The notes under the pieces were generated by a model that ran no database searches, was not told the DNA's origin, and saw only the letters and a program-made list of their open reading frames with translations. The position numbers and the translations under genes are program-made. DNA of 60,599 nucleotides, counting the filler. It is 9 parts of 9 records of this genome, joined end to end, with 100 filler letters (N's around TTAATTAATTAA, not from the genome) between each part and the next. Parts side by side here need not be neighbours in the genome. Positions count along the whole stretch, not along the records: positions 1 to 7,540 come from SRR31156797_32492; positions 7,641 to 14,042 come from SRR31156797_32497; 7 more parts are not named here. One strand, written 5' to 3'. Numbering within the stretch: position 1 is the stretch's first letter; the number at the start of each line of letters is the position of its first letter. Positions 1 to 10,812 of this stretch are shown one piece after another.

Positions 1-27
1 TCGCGGGTTCAAGTCCCGTCTTTCGCT
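1..27 (+). tRNA. 3' fragment of a tRNA, probably tRNA-Gly (T arm, acceptor 3' strand, U discriminator; CCA not encoded)
   Basis: GCGGG-TTCAAGT-CCCGT T-arm followed by CTTTCGC-T. A U73 discriminator after ...CGC is typical of bacterial tRNA-Gly. The anticodon lies outside the window. Confidence 0.75.
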
Positions 28-116
28 TAAGAAATCGACTGCTATCGTTTCTGTTCGGAGCAGTTTTAATTCGTCTGATGGGGCAATGCCTCATCTAACG
101 CTAAACGGAAGGTGAG

Positions 117-151
117 GACGATCTGGGTGTTATCCGGGTCGTCTTTTTTTT
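117..151 (+). terminator. Intrinsic terminator-like hairpin between the tRNA and tig
   Basis: GACGATCTGGG/TCCGGGTCGTC stem (with G-U pairs) followed by T8. Confidence 0.65.
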
Positions 152-184
152 ATACCAAATCATACCATTTTAAAGGACAGTGCT

Positions 185-1528
185 GTGATCACCAGTAAGA
201 ATGTCGAAAAATTGGAAAACTCTGCTGTTAAGCTTTCCCTTACCGTCGGAAAGGAACATGCGGCCAAAGAGTACAAAGATCTTCTGAGCAAGTACACGAA
301 AGAAGTACAGATCAAGGGATTCAGAAAAGGCAAGGTGCCCGCATCTGTATTGGAAAGAAAGTTCGGTGAAGGCATCCGTCAGGAGGCTGCCGCCAATCTT
401 ATGGATAAGGCTCTCAAAGCCGCCCTGGAAGAGGTAGAAGAGAAGCCCCTGGGATACGACTATCCCGAAGTTCAGGGGGAGCCTGAGCTCAACCCCGAAG
501 AGGATTTCTCCTTCGAACTGGTCTACGATACATTCCCCGAAGTCAAATTCGGAGAGTACAAGGGTGTCGAGATCGAAGAGAAGCAGGTCAAGATCCTGAA
601 GAAACACGAGAATGCCGAACTGGAGAAGATCCAGGAGCAGAACTCCGTGGTTATGGACAAGGAAGACGAAACCGTCGCCAAGGACAATATCGTAACCATC
701 GACTACTGCGAAATGGAAGGCAAAGAGGAGAAGGAAGATACCAAGCGTGAGGATTTCGTCTTCACCGTAGGTTCCGGATACAACCTCTACAAGCTGGACA
801 AGAACATCACCGGCATGAAGAAGGGCGAAGAGAAGGTCATCACGAAGAAATACAAAGAAGACTTCGAAAACAAGGACCTGGCCGGCAGATCCGTCAAGAT
901 CAAGGTTCTGATCAAGGCCGTCAAGGAAAAACAGCTTCCCGCTCTGGACGACGAACTGGCACAGGATGTGAATGAGAAGTTCGAAACCCTGGATGACCTG
1001 AGAAAGGACATCAAGAGCCAGCTCAAGGACAAAGCCGCGGGCAAGATCAAGGGCGAGAAGCTGGAGCAGCTGATCGACAAGCTGGTAGAGTCCAGCGAGA
1101 TAGACCTCCCCTCTTCCATGATCAAGGCCGAGCAGGAGAACAACTGGAGAAACTTCCTCCAGCAGTCCGGCACCCAGGAAGAGCAGATGCTCCAGTTCCT
1201 GGAGATGCAGGGGCAGACCAAAGAGCAGATGCTGGAAAACTGGAAGGAAAATGCCGTCAAAAGCTTGAAGTCCCAGCTGATTTTTAACAAGATTATTGAA
1301 GACGAAAAGATCGAAGTCAGCGACGAGGAAATGGATGAAGAGATCAAGAAGCAGGCTGAAATGTACAACATGCCCGTTGAAGATCTCAAAAAATCATTTG
1401 GCGAAGCCGGCTTAAAAGAGTATCTTAGTAGTGATATCAAACAGAAGAAGGTCGCCGACTTCCTTCTGGACAGTGCCAAGATCACTAAAAGCACCGAAAA
1501 GGTTGATTACGACGACCTGATGGCTTAA
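185..1528 (+). CDS. tig: Trigger factor
   Basis: 447 aa; GFRKGKVP ribosome-binding signature, FKBP-like middle domain; precedes clpP-clpX. Confidence 0.97.
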   Translation: MITSKNVEKLENSAVKLSLTVGKEHAAKEYKDLLSKYTKEVQIKGFRKGKVPASVLERKFGEGIRQEAAANLMDKALKAALEEVEEKPLGYDYPEVQGEPELNPEEDFSFELVYDTFPEVKFGEYKGVEIEEKQVKILKKHENAELEKIQEQNSVVMDKEDETVAKDNIVTIDYCEMEGKEEKEDTKREDFVFTVGSGYNLYKLDKNITGMKKGEEKVITKKYKEDFENKDLAGRSVKIKVLIKAVKEKQLPALDDELAQDVNEKFETLDDLRKDIKSQLKDKAAGKIKGEKLEQLIDKLVESSEIDLPSSMIKAEQENNWRNFLQQSGTQEEQMLQFLEMQGQTKEQMLENWKENAVKSLKSQLIFNKIIEDEKIEVSDEEMDEEIKKQAEMYNMPVEDLKKSFGEAGLKEYLSSDIKQKKVADFLLDSAKITKSTEKVDYDDLMA

Positions 1529-1554
1529 AAAAGAATTAATGAGGTTTTGCTCCT

Positions 1555-2151
1555 ATGCTGCATATTCAGAATAACACCCTGGTACCCGTTGTCGTTGAAA
1601 GGACGGGAACAGGAGAACGGTCATATGACATTTATTCCCGTCTTCTTAAAGACAGAATTGTTTTTCTGGATGGCGAGATCCAGGACGTTACCGCGGATCT
1701 CGTTGTAGCGCAGCTCCTCTTTTTGGAATCTGAGGATCCCGAAAAAGATATAAACCTCTATATCAACAGTCCCGGCGGTTCGGTTACCGCCGGACTGGCT
1801 ATCTACGATACGATGCAGCACATCAAACCCGATGTGCAGACCATCTGCATCGGCCAGGCGGCATCCATGGGTGCCGTTCTCCTGGCCGGCGGAGCCCAGG
1901 GCAAGCGCCACTGCCTGCCCTCCTCCCGCGTTATGATCCACCAGCCCTGGGGCGGTGTCCAGGGACAGGCCAGAGATATAGGTATCCAGGCCCGGGAGAT
2001 CATCCGTCTTAAAAAAATGCTGATCCAGTACTTTGCAGACAACACAGGCAAGACCGCCCAAGAGATCGCTTCCGATATGGAGAGAGACTTTTTCATGTCT
2101 GCCGAAGAGGCCATGGCGTACGGAATCACCGACAGCGTCTTCAAGAGGTAA
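1555..2151 (+). CDS. clpP: ATP-dependent Clp protease proteolytic subunit
   Basis: [21 protein letters not shown], catalytic Ser in GQAASMG, His in MIHQP. Confidence 0.98.
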   Translation: MLHIQNNTLVPVVVERTGTGERSYDIYSRLLKDRIVFLDGEIQDVTADLVVAQLLFLESEDPEKDINLYINSPGGSVTAGLAIYDTMQHIKPDVQTICIGQAASMGAVLLAGGAQGKRHCLPSSRVMIHQPWGGVQGQARDIGIQAREIIRLKKMLIQYFADNTGKTAQEIASDMERDFFMSAEEAMAYGITDSVFKR

Positions 2152-2153
2152 AT

Positions 2154-3440
2154 ATGGCCAGATCAAAAAATAAAGAACTGAAAGTATGCTCATTCTGCGG
2201 CAAACACTCGGATGTCGCCAAGAAGCTTATCGCCGGTCCCGGCGTCTATATCTGTGACGAATGCGTCCAGGTCTGTAACAAGATCATGGCCGAGGAAGAG
2301 AATATCTCCTCCGACTTCGTTGATGAAATTCCCACCCCCCGGGAGATCAGGGACTACCTCGACCAGTATGTGGTGGGACAGGAGTCCGCAAAGAAGACTC
2401 TCTCCGTAGGCGTGTACAACCACTACAAGAGGATCATGTTCAAGGACAAGGTTTCTCCCGATGTGGAAATGGAGAAGAGCAACATACTTCTGATCGGACC
2501 GACCGGTACGGGCAAGACCCTTCTGGCTAAAACCCTGGCCAAGAAGCTGAAGGTGCCCTTCGCCATAGCCGACGCCACGACCCTGACCGAAGCCGGTTAC
2601 GTGGGAGAGGACGTTGAAAATATCCTGCTGAAACTGATCCAGGCCGCGGGCAACAATATCGCCGCCGCCGAGAGAGGCATCATCTATATCGATGAGATCG
2701 ACAAGATCTCACGCAAGGGCGAGAACGTCTCCATCACCCGCGACGTTTCGGGCGAGGGCGTTCAGCAGGCTCTGCTCAAGATCATCGAAGGTTCGGTGGC
2801 CTCCGTTCCTCCCCAGGGAGGAAGAAAGCATCCCAACCAGGAGATGCTCAAGATCGATACGTCCAACATCCTGATCATCTGCGGCGGCGCCTTCGTGGGC
2901 CTGGACAAGATCATCGAGTCCAGAGTCAGCCAGCACCCCATGGGATTCGGTTCGGATGTCAGGAAGTCAACCGAGAAGGACCTGGTGGAGCTGTTCAGTC
3001 AGATGCATCCCGACGATCTGGTCAAGTTCGGTCTGATCCCTGAGTTTATCGGCCGCCTCCCTCTCCAGGTGAGCCTGGAGAACCTGAAGAAAGAGGATCT
3101 GCAGAGGGTCATCACCGAGCCCAAGAACTCTGTGATCCGTCAGTTTGAAGAATCATTGAAGCTGGATGAAACAGACCTGCGCTTCGAAGAAGCCGCCATC
3201 GAGGCCATCGCCGAGAAGGCCCTTGAAAGAAAAACTGGAGCCAGAGGTATCCGTTCCATCGTGGAGACGGTCATGCTGGATATTATGTACGACCTGCCCT
3301 CGATAGAAGGCAAGAAGAAAGTGATCGTTACCCGGGATGTCATTGAAAATGACAGCCACCCTGTTATCCTTACGGATCCGGATAAGATAGAAGCTCCCTG
3401 GGAAAACGCACTGCATGAGAATAAACAGATCACAGCTTAA
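2154..3440 (+). CDS. clpX: Clp protease ATP-binding subunit ClpX
   Basis: CSFCG...ICDEC zinc finger, GPTGTGKT Walker A, IYIDEIDK Walker B, GYVGEDVE pore loop, RKHP, MGF loop. Confidence 0.98.
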   Translation: MARSKNKELKVCSFCGKHSDVAKKLIAGPGVYICDECVQVCNKIMAEEENISSDFVDEIPTPREIRDYLDQYVVGQESAKKTLSVGVYNHYKRIMFKDKVSPDVEMEKSNILLIGPTGTGKTLLAKTLAKKLKVPFAIADATTLTEAGYVGEDVENILLKLIQAAGNNIAAAERGIIYIDEIDKISRKGENVSITRDVSGEGVQQALLKIIEGSVASVPPQGGRKHPNQEMLKIDTSNILIICGGAFVGLDKIIESRVSQHPMGFGSDVRKSTEKDLVELFSQMHPDDLVKFGLIPEFIGRLPLQVSLENLKKEDLQRVITEPKNSVIRQFEESLKLDETDLRFEEAAIEAIAEKALERKTGARGIRSIVETVMLDIMYDLPSIEGKKKVIVTRDVIENDSHPVILTDPDKIEAPWENALHENKQITA

Positions 3441-5865
3441 TTTTCGTAAGGAGGAACTGCCCGTAATCATACTTCCCGATACGGTCATCTTCCCCTATAC
3501 GGTAGCGCCCTTTTTCCTGACGGACAAGCTCTCCACCCGCGCGGTGGATGAAGCCATGAAGGGGAAAAGGGATATATTCCTGGCCTTCCAGAAGGAAAGC
3601 GCCGACTCGCCCGTACAGAAAAAGAACCTCTATCAGACCGGAACGGTCGCCCATATACTGCAGGTATTGAAACTCCCTGACGGGAATTCCCGCATCCTCG
3701 TCGAGGGCCGCAGCAAGGGATCTATTGTCAAACTGGTCAAGAGGAAAGACATCCTTATGGTTCAGTACAAGAACATCTTCGAAAGCCGTGAGGTGGGACG
3801 TACCCTTGCCGTGGGCATGGAAGCCCTGCAGGAGGTCTTCTATGAGTACGCCCGGAAGAACAAGAAGATCACCCGTGAAATAAAATCACAGGTGGAGCAG
3901 GCGCAGACCCCTGAGAAGCTGATAGGCCTGATCGCCTCCCAGCTGACCATCACCACGGAAGAAAAGATCGCTCTGCTGGACCTCAACAGTCCCGGAGACA
4001 AGATTGAAAGGCTCACCGAGACGGTTCAGCTGGAGATAGAGAAGAACTCCCTGAAACAGGATATCTCCGGCAGGGTCCGGAAGAAGATGGAGAAGACTCA
4101 GAAGGAGTATTTCCTCAACGAGCAGCTCAAGGAGATCAACAAGGAGCTTGGGAACGACAACCAGGAGGATCCCTCGGGTGCCTCCGAACTGGAGACCCGC
4201 CTGAACGACAAGAGCATGCCCGAAGAGGCCAAAACCAGGGCCTTGAAAGAGGTCAAGCGCCTGGGAAGGCTCCAGCCCATGAGCCCTGAATCGGGAGTCC
4301 TGAGGACCTACCTGGAATGGATAGCCGACCTGCCCTGGTCGGAGGAGTCAGACGACAGGATGAACCTGGCCCGGGCGGCCCGCATCCTGGATGAGGATCA
4401 CTACGACCTGAAGAAGGCCAAGGACCGCATTCTGGATTATATAGCCGTCCGTCAGATCCGAGAAAAGCTGAAAGGCCCTATCCTCTGCTTCGTCGGTCCT
4501 CCCGGAACGGGAAAAACCTCGCTGGGACGCTCTGTGGCCCGGGCCCTGAACAGGGAGTTCGTCCGCATCTCCCTGGGAGGCGTCAGGGATGAGGCGGAGA
4601 TCAGGGGACACAGAAAAACCTATGTGGGCGCCCTGCCCGGCAAGATCATACAGTCGGTTAAGAAAGCGGGTACGGTCAATCCCGTATTCCTGCTGGACGA
4701 GATAGACAAGATGAGCAGCGACTTTCGCGGCGATCCCGCGGCGGCCCTGTTGGAGGTGCTCGACCCTGAGCAGAACAGCACCTTTACGGACCACTACCTG
4801 GAACTCTCCTACGATCTGTCCAGGGTCATGTTCATCACCACGGCCAACTCGCTGCACAACATCCCCCGCCCCCTGCTGGACCGGATGGAAGTGATAGAGA
4901 TTCCCGGCTATACGGAGATGGAGAAGATCCGCATCGCCAGGGGCTTTATCATCCCCAAGCAGCTTAGGGAAAACGGGATGGAGTCGAGCAGCCTGAATAT
5001 CACAGACGACGCGGTAAGGACCATCATCCGTAACTATACCATGGAATCGGGTGTCCGGAACCTGGAGAGGGAGATCGGCCAGCTGATAAGGAAGATCACC
5101 AGAGAGGCCATCGACACCTACCAGAAACGCTCGGGAGGAAACAACGTCCACACTGCCCGAATCCATATGTATCAGGGACTTTTCGGAACCCCCGCCCCCG
5201 CGGGAGACAATCTTCCCGACCTGAACGGCCTGAAGCTGGACGTGAGCAAGGAAGACGTGATCCGCTACCTCGGCAACCCTCCCATTATGGAAGAGGACTC
5301 GGACCCGAGGAACCACCCCGGACTGGCCACGGGCATGGCCTGGACAGAGCTGGGAGGACGCATCCTTCCCGTTGAAGTCAGCCTTCTCAAGGGAGACGGC
5401 AAGCTGATCCTCACAGGCAAGCTGGGGGACGTCATGAAGGAGAGCGCCCAGATAGCCCTCTCCTATGTGCGGGCCAACGCCGAGGGATTCGGAGTCGATC
5501 CCGACTTCCACAAGGAGAACGATATCCATATCCATGTCCCCGAGGGAGCCATCCCCAAGGACGGACCATCGGCCGGTATAACCCTGACGGCGGCCCTGCT
5601 TTCGGCTCTGAAAAAGACGGCCCTGATCCCCGCCGTCGCCATGACGGGGGAGATCACCCTGACCGACAGGCTTCTGCCCATCGGCGGCGTCAAGGAGAAG
5701 GTGCTGGCGGCCCACAGAAACAAGTGCCGCACCGTCCTTCTTCCGGAGAAGAACCGCAAGGATCAGGAGGACCTTCCCGAGGAGATAAGGGGTGACCTTG
5801 ACTTCATATTCACCGGCTCGGTAAGGGAGGCCGTGGAGCGGCTCTTCCCCGAAGGAACATTCTGA
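3415..5865 (+). CDS. lon: Lon (endopeptidase La, LonA)
   Basis: [16 protein letters not shown], catalytic PKDGPSAG and GGVKEK; overlaps the clpX end by 26 nt. Confidence 0.97.
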   Translation: MRINRSQLNFRKEELPVIILPDTVIFPYTVAPFFLTDKLSTRAVDEAMKGKRDIFLAFQKESADSPVQKKNLYQTGTVAHILQVLKLPDGNSRILVEGRSKGSIVKLVKRKDILMVQYKNIFESREVGRTLAVGMEALQEVFYEYARKNKKITREIKSQVEQAQTPEKLIGLIASQLTITTEEKIALLDLNSPGDKIERLTETVQLEIEKNSLKQDISGRVRKKMEKTQKEYFLNEQLKEINKELGNDNQEDPSGASELETRLNDKSMPEEAKTRALKEVKRLGRLQPMSPESGVLRTYLEWIADLPWSEESDDRMNLARAARILDEDHYDLKKAKDRILDYIAVRQIREKLKGPILCFVGPPGTGKTSLGRSVARALNREFVRISLGGVRDEAEIRGHRKTYVGALPGKIIQSVKKAGTVNPVFLLDEIDKMSSDFRGDPAAALLEVLDPEQNSTFTDHYLELSYDLSRVMFITTANSLHNIPRPLLDRMEVIEIPGYTEMEKIRIARGFIIPKQLRENGMESSSLNITDDAVRTIIRNYTMESGVRNLEREIGQLIRKITREAIDTYQKRSGGNNVHTARIHMYQGLFGTPAPAGDNLPDLNGLKLDVSKEDVIRYLGNPPIMEEDSDPRNHPGLATGMAWTELGGRILPVEVSLLKGDGKLILTGKLGDVMKESAQIALSYVRANAEGFGVDPDFHKENDIHIHVPEGAIPKDGPSAGITLTAALLSALKKTALIPAVAMTGEITLTDRLLPIGGVKEKVLAAHRNKCRTVLLPEKNRKDQEDLPEEIRGDLDFIFTGSVREAVERLFPEGTF

Positions 5866-6019
5866 AGGGGCTTTGAGGGGCGGATCGCTCCCACAAGAGC
5901 TCCGGAATTTCCACTGCGGTAAAAAACTTAATTGCCATAAGAAGTTTTTTCTATTATAAATTAAGAACGAACTATCACTATATCTTGGAATGCAGTAGAT
6001 AATACTAGGAGGCCTGTTT

Positions 6020-6424
6020 ATGGCTAAGAGATCTGTCTTATTTATCCTTCTTGTCATGATTGCCGGCATCAGCTTCCTTTCAGCGGAAGTCACGGAAGCC
6101 AGTGTTTACCCCAAGACCATGGCCATCAACAGGATCTATCCTCATGAGCTGGGCTACAGGGTGGATTATATCAAATCCAACCGGACCATCGGAACCTTTT
6201 ACGCTCCCCTGGCCTGGTTTCAGAAGTCCGCCGGCTACGGTGAGATCGTATACGGTCAGGGAGAGGCTTATCCCTATGCCACCTTCTATTACGCGGAAGG
6301 CAAGATCAGCCACTTCCGCCTCTATATCGTCGAAAACTTTAACGATCCCAGCTGGGGCATCCTCAGGGGCGAAGGTTACGAGGATAAATTCAACGTTGAA
6401 GAGCTGGTAATTGAGTATCAGTAA
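6020..6424 (+). CDS. Exported hypothetical protein
   Basis: 134 aa; AGGAGG RBS; signal-peptide-like N-terminus (MAKRSVLFILLVMIAGISFLSA); aromatic-rich. Confidence 0.8.
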   Translation: MAKRSVLFILLVMIAGISFLSAEVTEASVYPKTMAINRIYPHELGYRVDYIKSNRTIGTFYAPLAWFQKSAGYGEIVYGQGEAYPYATFYYAEGKISHFRLYIVENFNDPSWGILRGEGYEDKFNVEELVIEYQ

Positions 6425-6436
6425 AATCGGAGTACT

Positions 6437-7408
6437 ATGACATTTTCCGACATACCCTCCTCTATCCGGGAGGGTTTTGATTCTTATAAGAAATTCATTC
6501 TCATCGGTCACGAGCAGCCCGACGCGGACTGTCTCTGTTCCCAGCTCGGCCTGGCGGCCCTGCTCAAAGCGCTAGGCAAAAAGGATGTGCGCCTTATCGC
6601 GCAGGGTCCCTTCACGCGCCCGGAAACCCGGGATCTCGAGCCCCTTTTCGAAACCAGCTGGTCCTACCCCGATACGGCCGATACCCTGCTGATCCTTCTG
6701 GACAGCTCCGACCTGAATCGGACGGGCTATCCCGTGGAAGAGCTGGAGATCTTCGATCTCATGATCATCGACCACCATGCCGCCGGGAGCGATGCGGGCA
6801 AGTACCGTTACATTGATGCCCAGAGTCCGTCTACGACCCTGCTGGTGCAAGGGCTCTGGGACGCATGCGGCCTGAAACCCGACAGGGAAACCAGCGATAT
6901 GCTCTTCTTCGGCTTTGCCACGGATACGGGATTCTTCCGCCATCTGGAGGACGGGACGGCTCCCGTCTTCCGCCGTGTGGCCGAGATGATAGAAGGGGGA
7001 GCCTCCCCCAACGCCACCTTCCGCAGGATCAACGCGGGACGGGAGCTGGGGACCCGGAGGCTGATGGGCCGCCTCCTTGACCGCGCCCGCTTCTACTGCA
7101 ATGGAAAAATAATCATCTCCTGGGAGAACAAGGACGACCGCGACGAATTGGGCGTGGACGATAGGGATTCGGACCGCCTCTACCAGCTTCTCCAGTCCGT
7201 GGACGGCTGCGAAGCGGTAGCTCTGATCCGGGAAGAATCCCCTGCCCTCTCCATCGTGGGCCTCAGGTCCAACAACCATGTGGACGTCGGCCGCATAGCC
7301 AAGACACTGGGCGGAGGGGGCCATGTCAAGGCCGCCGGCTGCGCCGTCGAGGCGGACAGGGAGAGCGTTCACAAGAGGCTGATAGAGCTCTTCGAGGAAC
7401 AACTCTAG
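6437..7408 (+). CDS. nrnA: DHH/DHHA1 phosphoesterase (NrnA-like oligoribonuclease/pAp phosphatase)
   Basis: GHEQPDAD, IIDHH, ATDTGFFR and GGGGHVKAAG motifs. Confidence 0.88.
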   Translation: MTFSDIPSSIREGFDSYKKFILIGHEQPDADCLCSQLGLAALLKALGKKDVRLIAQGPFTRPETRDLEPLFETSWSYPDTADTLLILLDSSDLNRTGYPVEELEIFDLMIIDHHAAGSDAGKYRYIDAQSPSTTLLVQGLWDACGLKPDRETSDMLFFGFATDTGFFRHLEDGTAPVFRRVAEMIEGGASPNATFRRINAGRELGTRRLMGRLLDRARFYCNGKIIISWENKDDRDELGVDDRDSDRLYQLLQSVDGCEAVALIREESPALSIVGLRSNNHVDVGRIAKTLGGGGHVKAAGCAVEADRESVHKRLIELFEEQL

Positions 7409-7426
7409 ACCGGAAGCCTATTTCCA

Positions 7427-7510
7427 TTGAATTTGTTTATAAACGGCGCTAAGATGTTGACCCTCTGTTTATTTTTTACTATTTTTGTTAACGAACGGTC
7501 GTAAACAAAA
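7427..7510 (+). promoter_or_regulatory. Sigma70-like promoter and imperfect palindrome ahead of a truncated ORF (ATG 7512)
   Basis: TTGAAT-17-TAAGAT at 7427-7455; TTTTGTTAACGA-ACGG-TCGTAAACAAAA dyad at 7483-7510. Confidence 0.4.
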
Positions 7511-7540
7511 AATGAAGATTCAGGAAAAACGCAAATTAAA

Positions 7541-7640
7541 NNNNNNNNNNNNNNNNNNNNNNNNNNNNNNNNNNNNNNNNNNNNTTAATTAATTAANNNN
7601 NNNNNNNNNNNNNNNNNNNNNNNNNNNNNNNNNNNNNNNN
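7541..7640. other. Synthetic contig spacer
   Basis: 44N + TTAATTAATTAA (stops in all six frames) + 44N. Confidence 0.99.
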
Positions 7641-7647
7641 GCATTCA

Positions 7648-10600
7648 TTATATGACCTCCTGTAGTGTTTCCTTGTCTCGTGCGCCGCATTTTTCGTTGC
7701 GTCTCGCCGGCCACAGCCCGCTCGCCGACCGCAGCCCTTTGATATCGTTGCCGATGTTCACAAGGACGGGGATGATAAAGAGGGTAATGGGCGTGGCGAA
7801 GAGTTCGCCCCAGGCAAGAGAGATGGCGGCGGGGATCAGGTACTGTGCTTGTTCGGAAGTCTCGCTGAGCAGTGGAATGAGTCCGCAGACCGTGGTCAGG
7901 GTGGTCAGCAGGATCGCCCGAAAGCGGCTCCCCCCCGCCTGAACGAGGGCCGTGGCCGTATCCGTCCCCTCTTCCTTCATTTCGTTATAGCGGGTCAGCA
8001 TTACGAGGCTGTCGTTCACGACGATGCCCATCACCGCCAGCATCCCGAAGAAGGAGAGCAGGCTCAGGGGATGCCCCATCACGGCATGGCCTATAAGGGT
8101 GCCCACGAAGCCGAAGGGGATAACCGACATGATGACCAGAGGCAGGGTATAGGACTTCAACGGAACCGCCAGGAACACGAAGATCAGAACGATAATCAGG
8201 ATCATGGCGCGCTTCAGCTCCCCCTTCATCTCTCCGATTTCCTCAAGCTCGCCCGTTCCCTTCAGAACAAGCTGGGGATAGGAGGCCTTAAGATCGGCAT
8301 AGGCGTTTCGCTTGAGCCAGTCAAAGGCCTCGGAGGGCGTGATCAGATCCTTATCCAGCTCCGCCGAGATTGTGACGACCCGGTTTCCGTTCCGTCGGGA
8401 GATACGGGAGGGGGCATAGCCGTTAACCAGATCAGCCACTGTCAGAAGGGGAAAGGACTCGCCCTTGTCATTGCGGACCATCAGTCCGGCCAGATTCCCT
8501 ATGTTCCTGCGCTGTTCCTTGCGCGTCAGAAGCCTGACCTTCACCTCGCTATGCTGCCCCTGGAAGCGCTGAACCTCAACACCTCCCAGACTGTCGCCGA
8601 TTAGAGTGGCCAGGTCGGCAGTGGTGATCCCCAGACGGGACGCCTCGGGCTTCAGAACGACCCGGATCTGGGGCTCCCCCTTCTGAAGAGTGTCACGTAC
8701 AGCCTTCACTCCTTCCAGCGAGAGAAGCTCCTTTCGGATCCTGTCGACTCCCGCTTCCAGAACCTTCTCATCCCTGGCGCTCAGGATTACCGAAAATCCT
8801 CCGGCGGTCTCAAAGGATCCCGAGAACTCAATCTTCCGGGCGCCCTCAAGGACGCCCACCCGTTCGCGCCACCGATCAAGGATCTCCAGGGTCTCGGCGT
8901 CCCGCTGGTCGGCCGCTTCCAGCTCCGCATATAACTCGGCGCTGTCGGGCCCCGTCATAACGGCCAGAAGCCTGGCGATGGGGGCTTTCCCGGAACCCTC
9001 TTCTTCCTGAAGCGCGGCATTCAACTCCGTAGCGCAGTCCTCGATGATTTCTACATTCCTGCGGGTCAGAGCCAAGCCGCTCCCCTTGGCCATCTTCATT
9101 TTAACGGAGATGATCTGGCCGGGGATCTCGGGAAAGAACACGGTTCTCACCCATCCCTTGTACAGTCCGATCCCCCCGATTACAGCGATTGTCAGAAGAA
9201 CGATAACGGCGGCGTAACGGTAGCGGAGAATCCGCTTCAGGGCGGGCTGATAGAAGCGGGTATTTACGATCTTAAGCCCCCTGGCCGCCCCGTCCTGTAT
9301 CCGCCCGAAAAGAAGGGAGACAAAATGACTCCTCCCGCTCTTTCGATTCTTCATTCCCGCCAGATGGGCTGGCAGGATCAGCTTGCTCTCCAGTAACGAA
9401 ACGAGCAAAGACACGATGACCACCACTGAGAAGCTGGCGAAGACCTTACCCAGATCATTGTCGATCAGAAGGATGGGAAAGAAGGCCGCGATGGTTGTGA
9501 AACAGCCGAAGATTGTCGCCGTACTGACCCTGTGCACACCTTTGACCGCAGCCTCTACGGGATCGGAGCTGAGGCGCCTCTGTTCGAAAACGCTCTCCCC
9601 CACCACGATGGCATCGTCAACCAGAATCCCCAGAACGATGATGATTCCGAAGGTGGTGATATCGTTCAGAGAGTAGGAAAGGAAGCGCTCCCCCATAAGC
9701 ATAAGGGTTCCGGCGATAGAGACGGGGATTCCCATGGCGACCCAGAAGGCAAGACGGATATCCAGAAACAGGGCCAGCAGAACAAAGACGATAAGGAGCC
9801 CCTGCCAGGCGTTGCTTGCCAGAAGAGAGAGTCTGTCGCGCATATATGTGCTGTACTCTCCCCAGATATCGACCTTGATTCCGTCGGGAAGCTCCTTTCT
9901 GATATCACGAAGCACCTCATGGGCCGCGTCGCTGACCTGAAGGAGATGTCCGTTTTTGCTGGAGTAGACCATAAACCCGACGGTGGGGCTGCCGTTAAAG
10001 CGCGCATAGAGCTCATCCTGGTCGAAGGTGTCCTTTACCTCGGCCACATCTCCTATGGTCAGCGTGCTCCCGTCGGGCGTTCTCATCAAGGGAAGGGCTT
10101 TGAGATCTCTGACCGATTCCGCTGTACTGTCGGCCCTGACCATTATCCAGGCGCTGTCATTCGTCAACGCCCCCGTCCTGTATTTTACAGATCCGCTTCT
10201 GAGGGCCTGTTCTACCTCGGCCTGAGTGATGCCGTAGGCCTTCAGGCGCTCTTCATCCACCTCGATGTGGATTTCCCGCTTCAGAAGACCGAAATTGTCC
10301 AGCTTCGTGATGCGCGGATGGTTCAGAAGCCTGGCCCTGACGATGCGGGAGACCTCTTGAAGGGTCTGCAGATCCGTATCGCCGTAGATCTGGAAGATCA
10401 GGGCCTCCACAGTGAACTCGTCCCTGAAGATCTGGGGACGTTCCGCCTTTTGCGGGAGATTACTGATCGAGTCGATCCTCGTCCTTATCTCATTCTGAAA
10501 GCGATCCATATCGTAAGCGCTGTTTTTCTCAACGATCAGCTCTGAGTAGCCTTCGGATGAGGACGCATAGGTTCTTTTGATCCCGGGCATCCCCTCGAGG

Positions 10601-10812
10601 GCCTTCTGGATGTTCATGGTAACTCCGCGGTCCAGCTGCTCCGCATCGGCGCCAGGATAGACTGTGGAGATGGTCACAGAGGAGGGGGGGATCGTCGGGA
10701 AGCCTTCGATCCTGATGGATTTCAGTGTAAAGAGTCCGGCCAAGATCACAACGAGCATAAGGAGATTGGATGCCACGGGATTCCTGGTAAACCATTCTGA
10801 CAGTCTGTGCAT
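7648..10812 (-). CDS. RND efflux permease (AcrB/AcrD/AcrF family)
   Basis: 1054 aa; two large periplasmic loops with two TM bundles; GILVDDAIVVGE and RFRAILLTTLTT motifs. Confidence 0.95.
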   Translation of the reverse strand: MHRLSEWFTRNPVASNLLMLVVILAGLFTLKSIRIEGFPTIPPSSVTISTVYPGADAEQLDRGVTMNIQKALEGMPGIKRTYASSSEGYSELIVEKNSAYDMDRFQNEIRTRIDSISNLPQKAERPQIFRDEFTVEALIFQIYGDTDLQTLQEVSRIVRARLLNHPRITKLDNFGLLKREIHIEVDEERLKAYGITQAEVEQALRSGSVKYRTGALTNDSAWIMVRADSTAESVRDLKALPLMRTPDGSTLTIGDVAEVKDTFDQDELYARFNGSPTVGFMVYSSKNGHLLQVSDAAHEVLRDIRKELPDGIKVDIWGEYSTYMRDRLSLLASNAWQGLLIVFVLLALFLDIRLAFWVAMGIPVSIAGTLMLMGERFLSYSLNDITTFGIIIVLGILVDDAIVVGESVFEQRRLSSDPVEAAVKGVHRVSTATIFGCFTTIAAFFPILLIDNDLGKVFASFSVVVIVSLLVSLLESKLILPAHLAGMKNRKSGRSHFVSLLFGRIQDGAARGLKIVNTRFYQPALKRILRYRYAAVIVLLTIAVIGGIGLYKGWVRTVFFPEIPGQIISVKMKMAKGSGLALTRRNVEIIEDCATELNAALQEEEGSGKAPIARLLAVMTGPDSAELYAELEAADQRDAETLEILDRWRERVGVLEGARKIEFSGSFETAGGFSVILSARDEKVLEAGVDRIRKELLSLEGVKAVRDTLQKGEPQIRVVLKPEASRLGITTADLATLIGDSLGGVEVQRFQGQHSEVKVRLLTRKEQRRNIGNLAGLMVRNDKGESFPLLTVADLVNGYAPSRISRRNGNRVVTISAELDKDLITPSEAFDWLKRNAYADLKASYPQLVLKGTGELEEIGEMKGELKRAMILIIVLIFVFLAVPLKSYTLPLVIMSVIPFGFVGTLIGHAVMGHPLSLLSFFGMLAVMGIVVNDSLVMLTRYNEMKEEGTDTATALVQAGGSRFRAILLTTLTTVCGLIPLLSETSEQAQYLIPAAISLAWGELFATPITLFIIPVLVNIGNDIKGLRSASGLWPARRNEKCGARDKETLQEVI

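Noticed and set aside
3447-3454. Perfect TAAGGAGG as the lon ribosome-binding site with a non-canonical start
   Set aside because: No ATG/GTG/TTG at suitable spacing, and it encodes RKEE just before the conserved LPV motif, so ATG 3415 is the simpler start
4348-6093. 581-aa antisense ORF over lon (similarly 38600-40330, 40869-42134, 49951-51345, 9532-10545)
   Set aside because: Shadow ORFs opposite well-supported genes in GC-rich, codon-biased DNA; no recognisable motifs
7585-7596. TTAATTAATTAA recurring eight times, as a biological repeat or CRISPR-like element
   Set aside because: Always centred in exactly 88 Ns; a synthetic six-frame-stop linker
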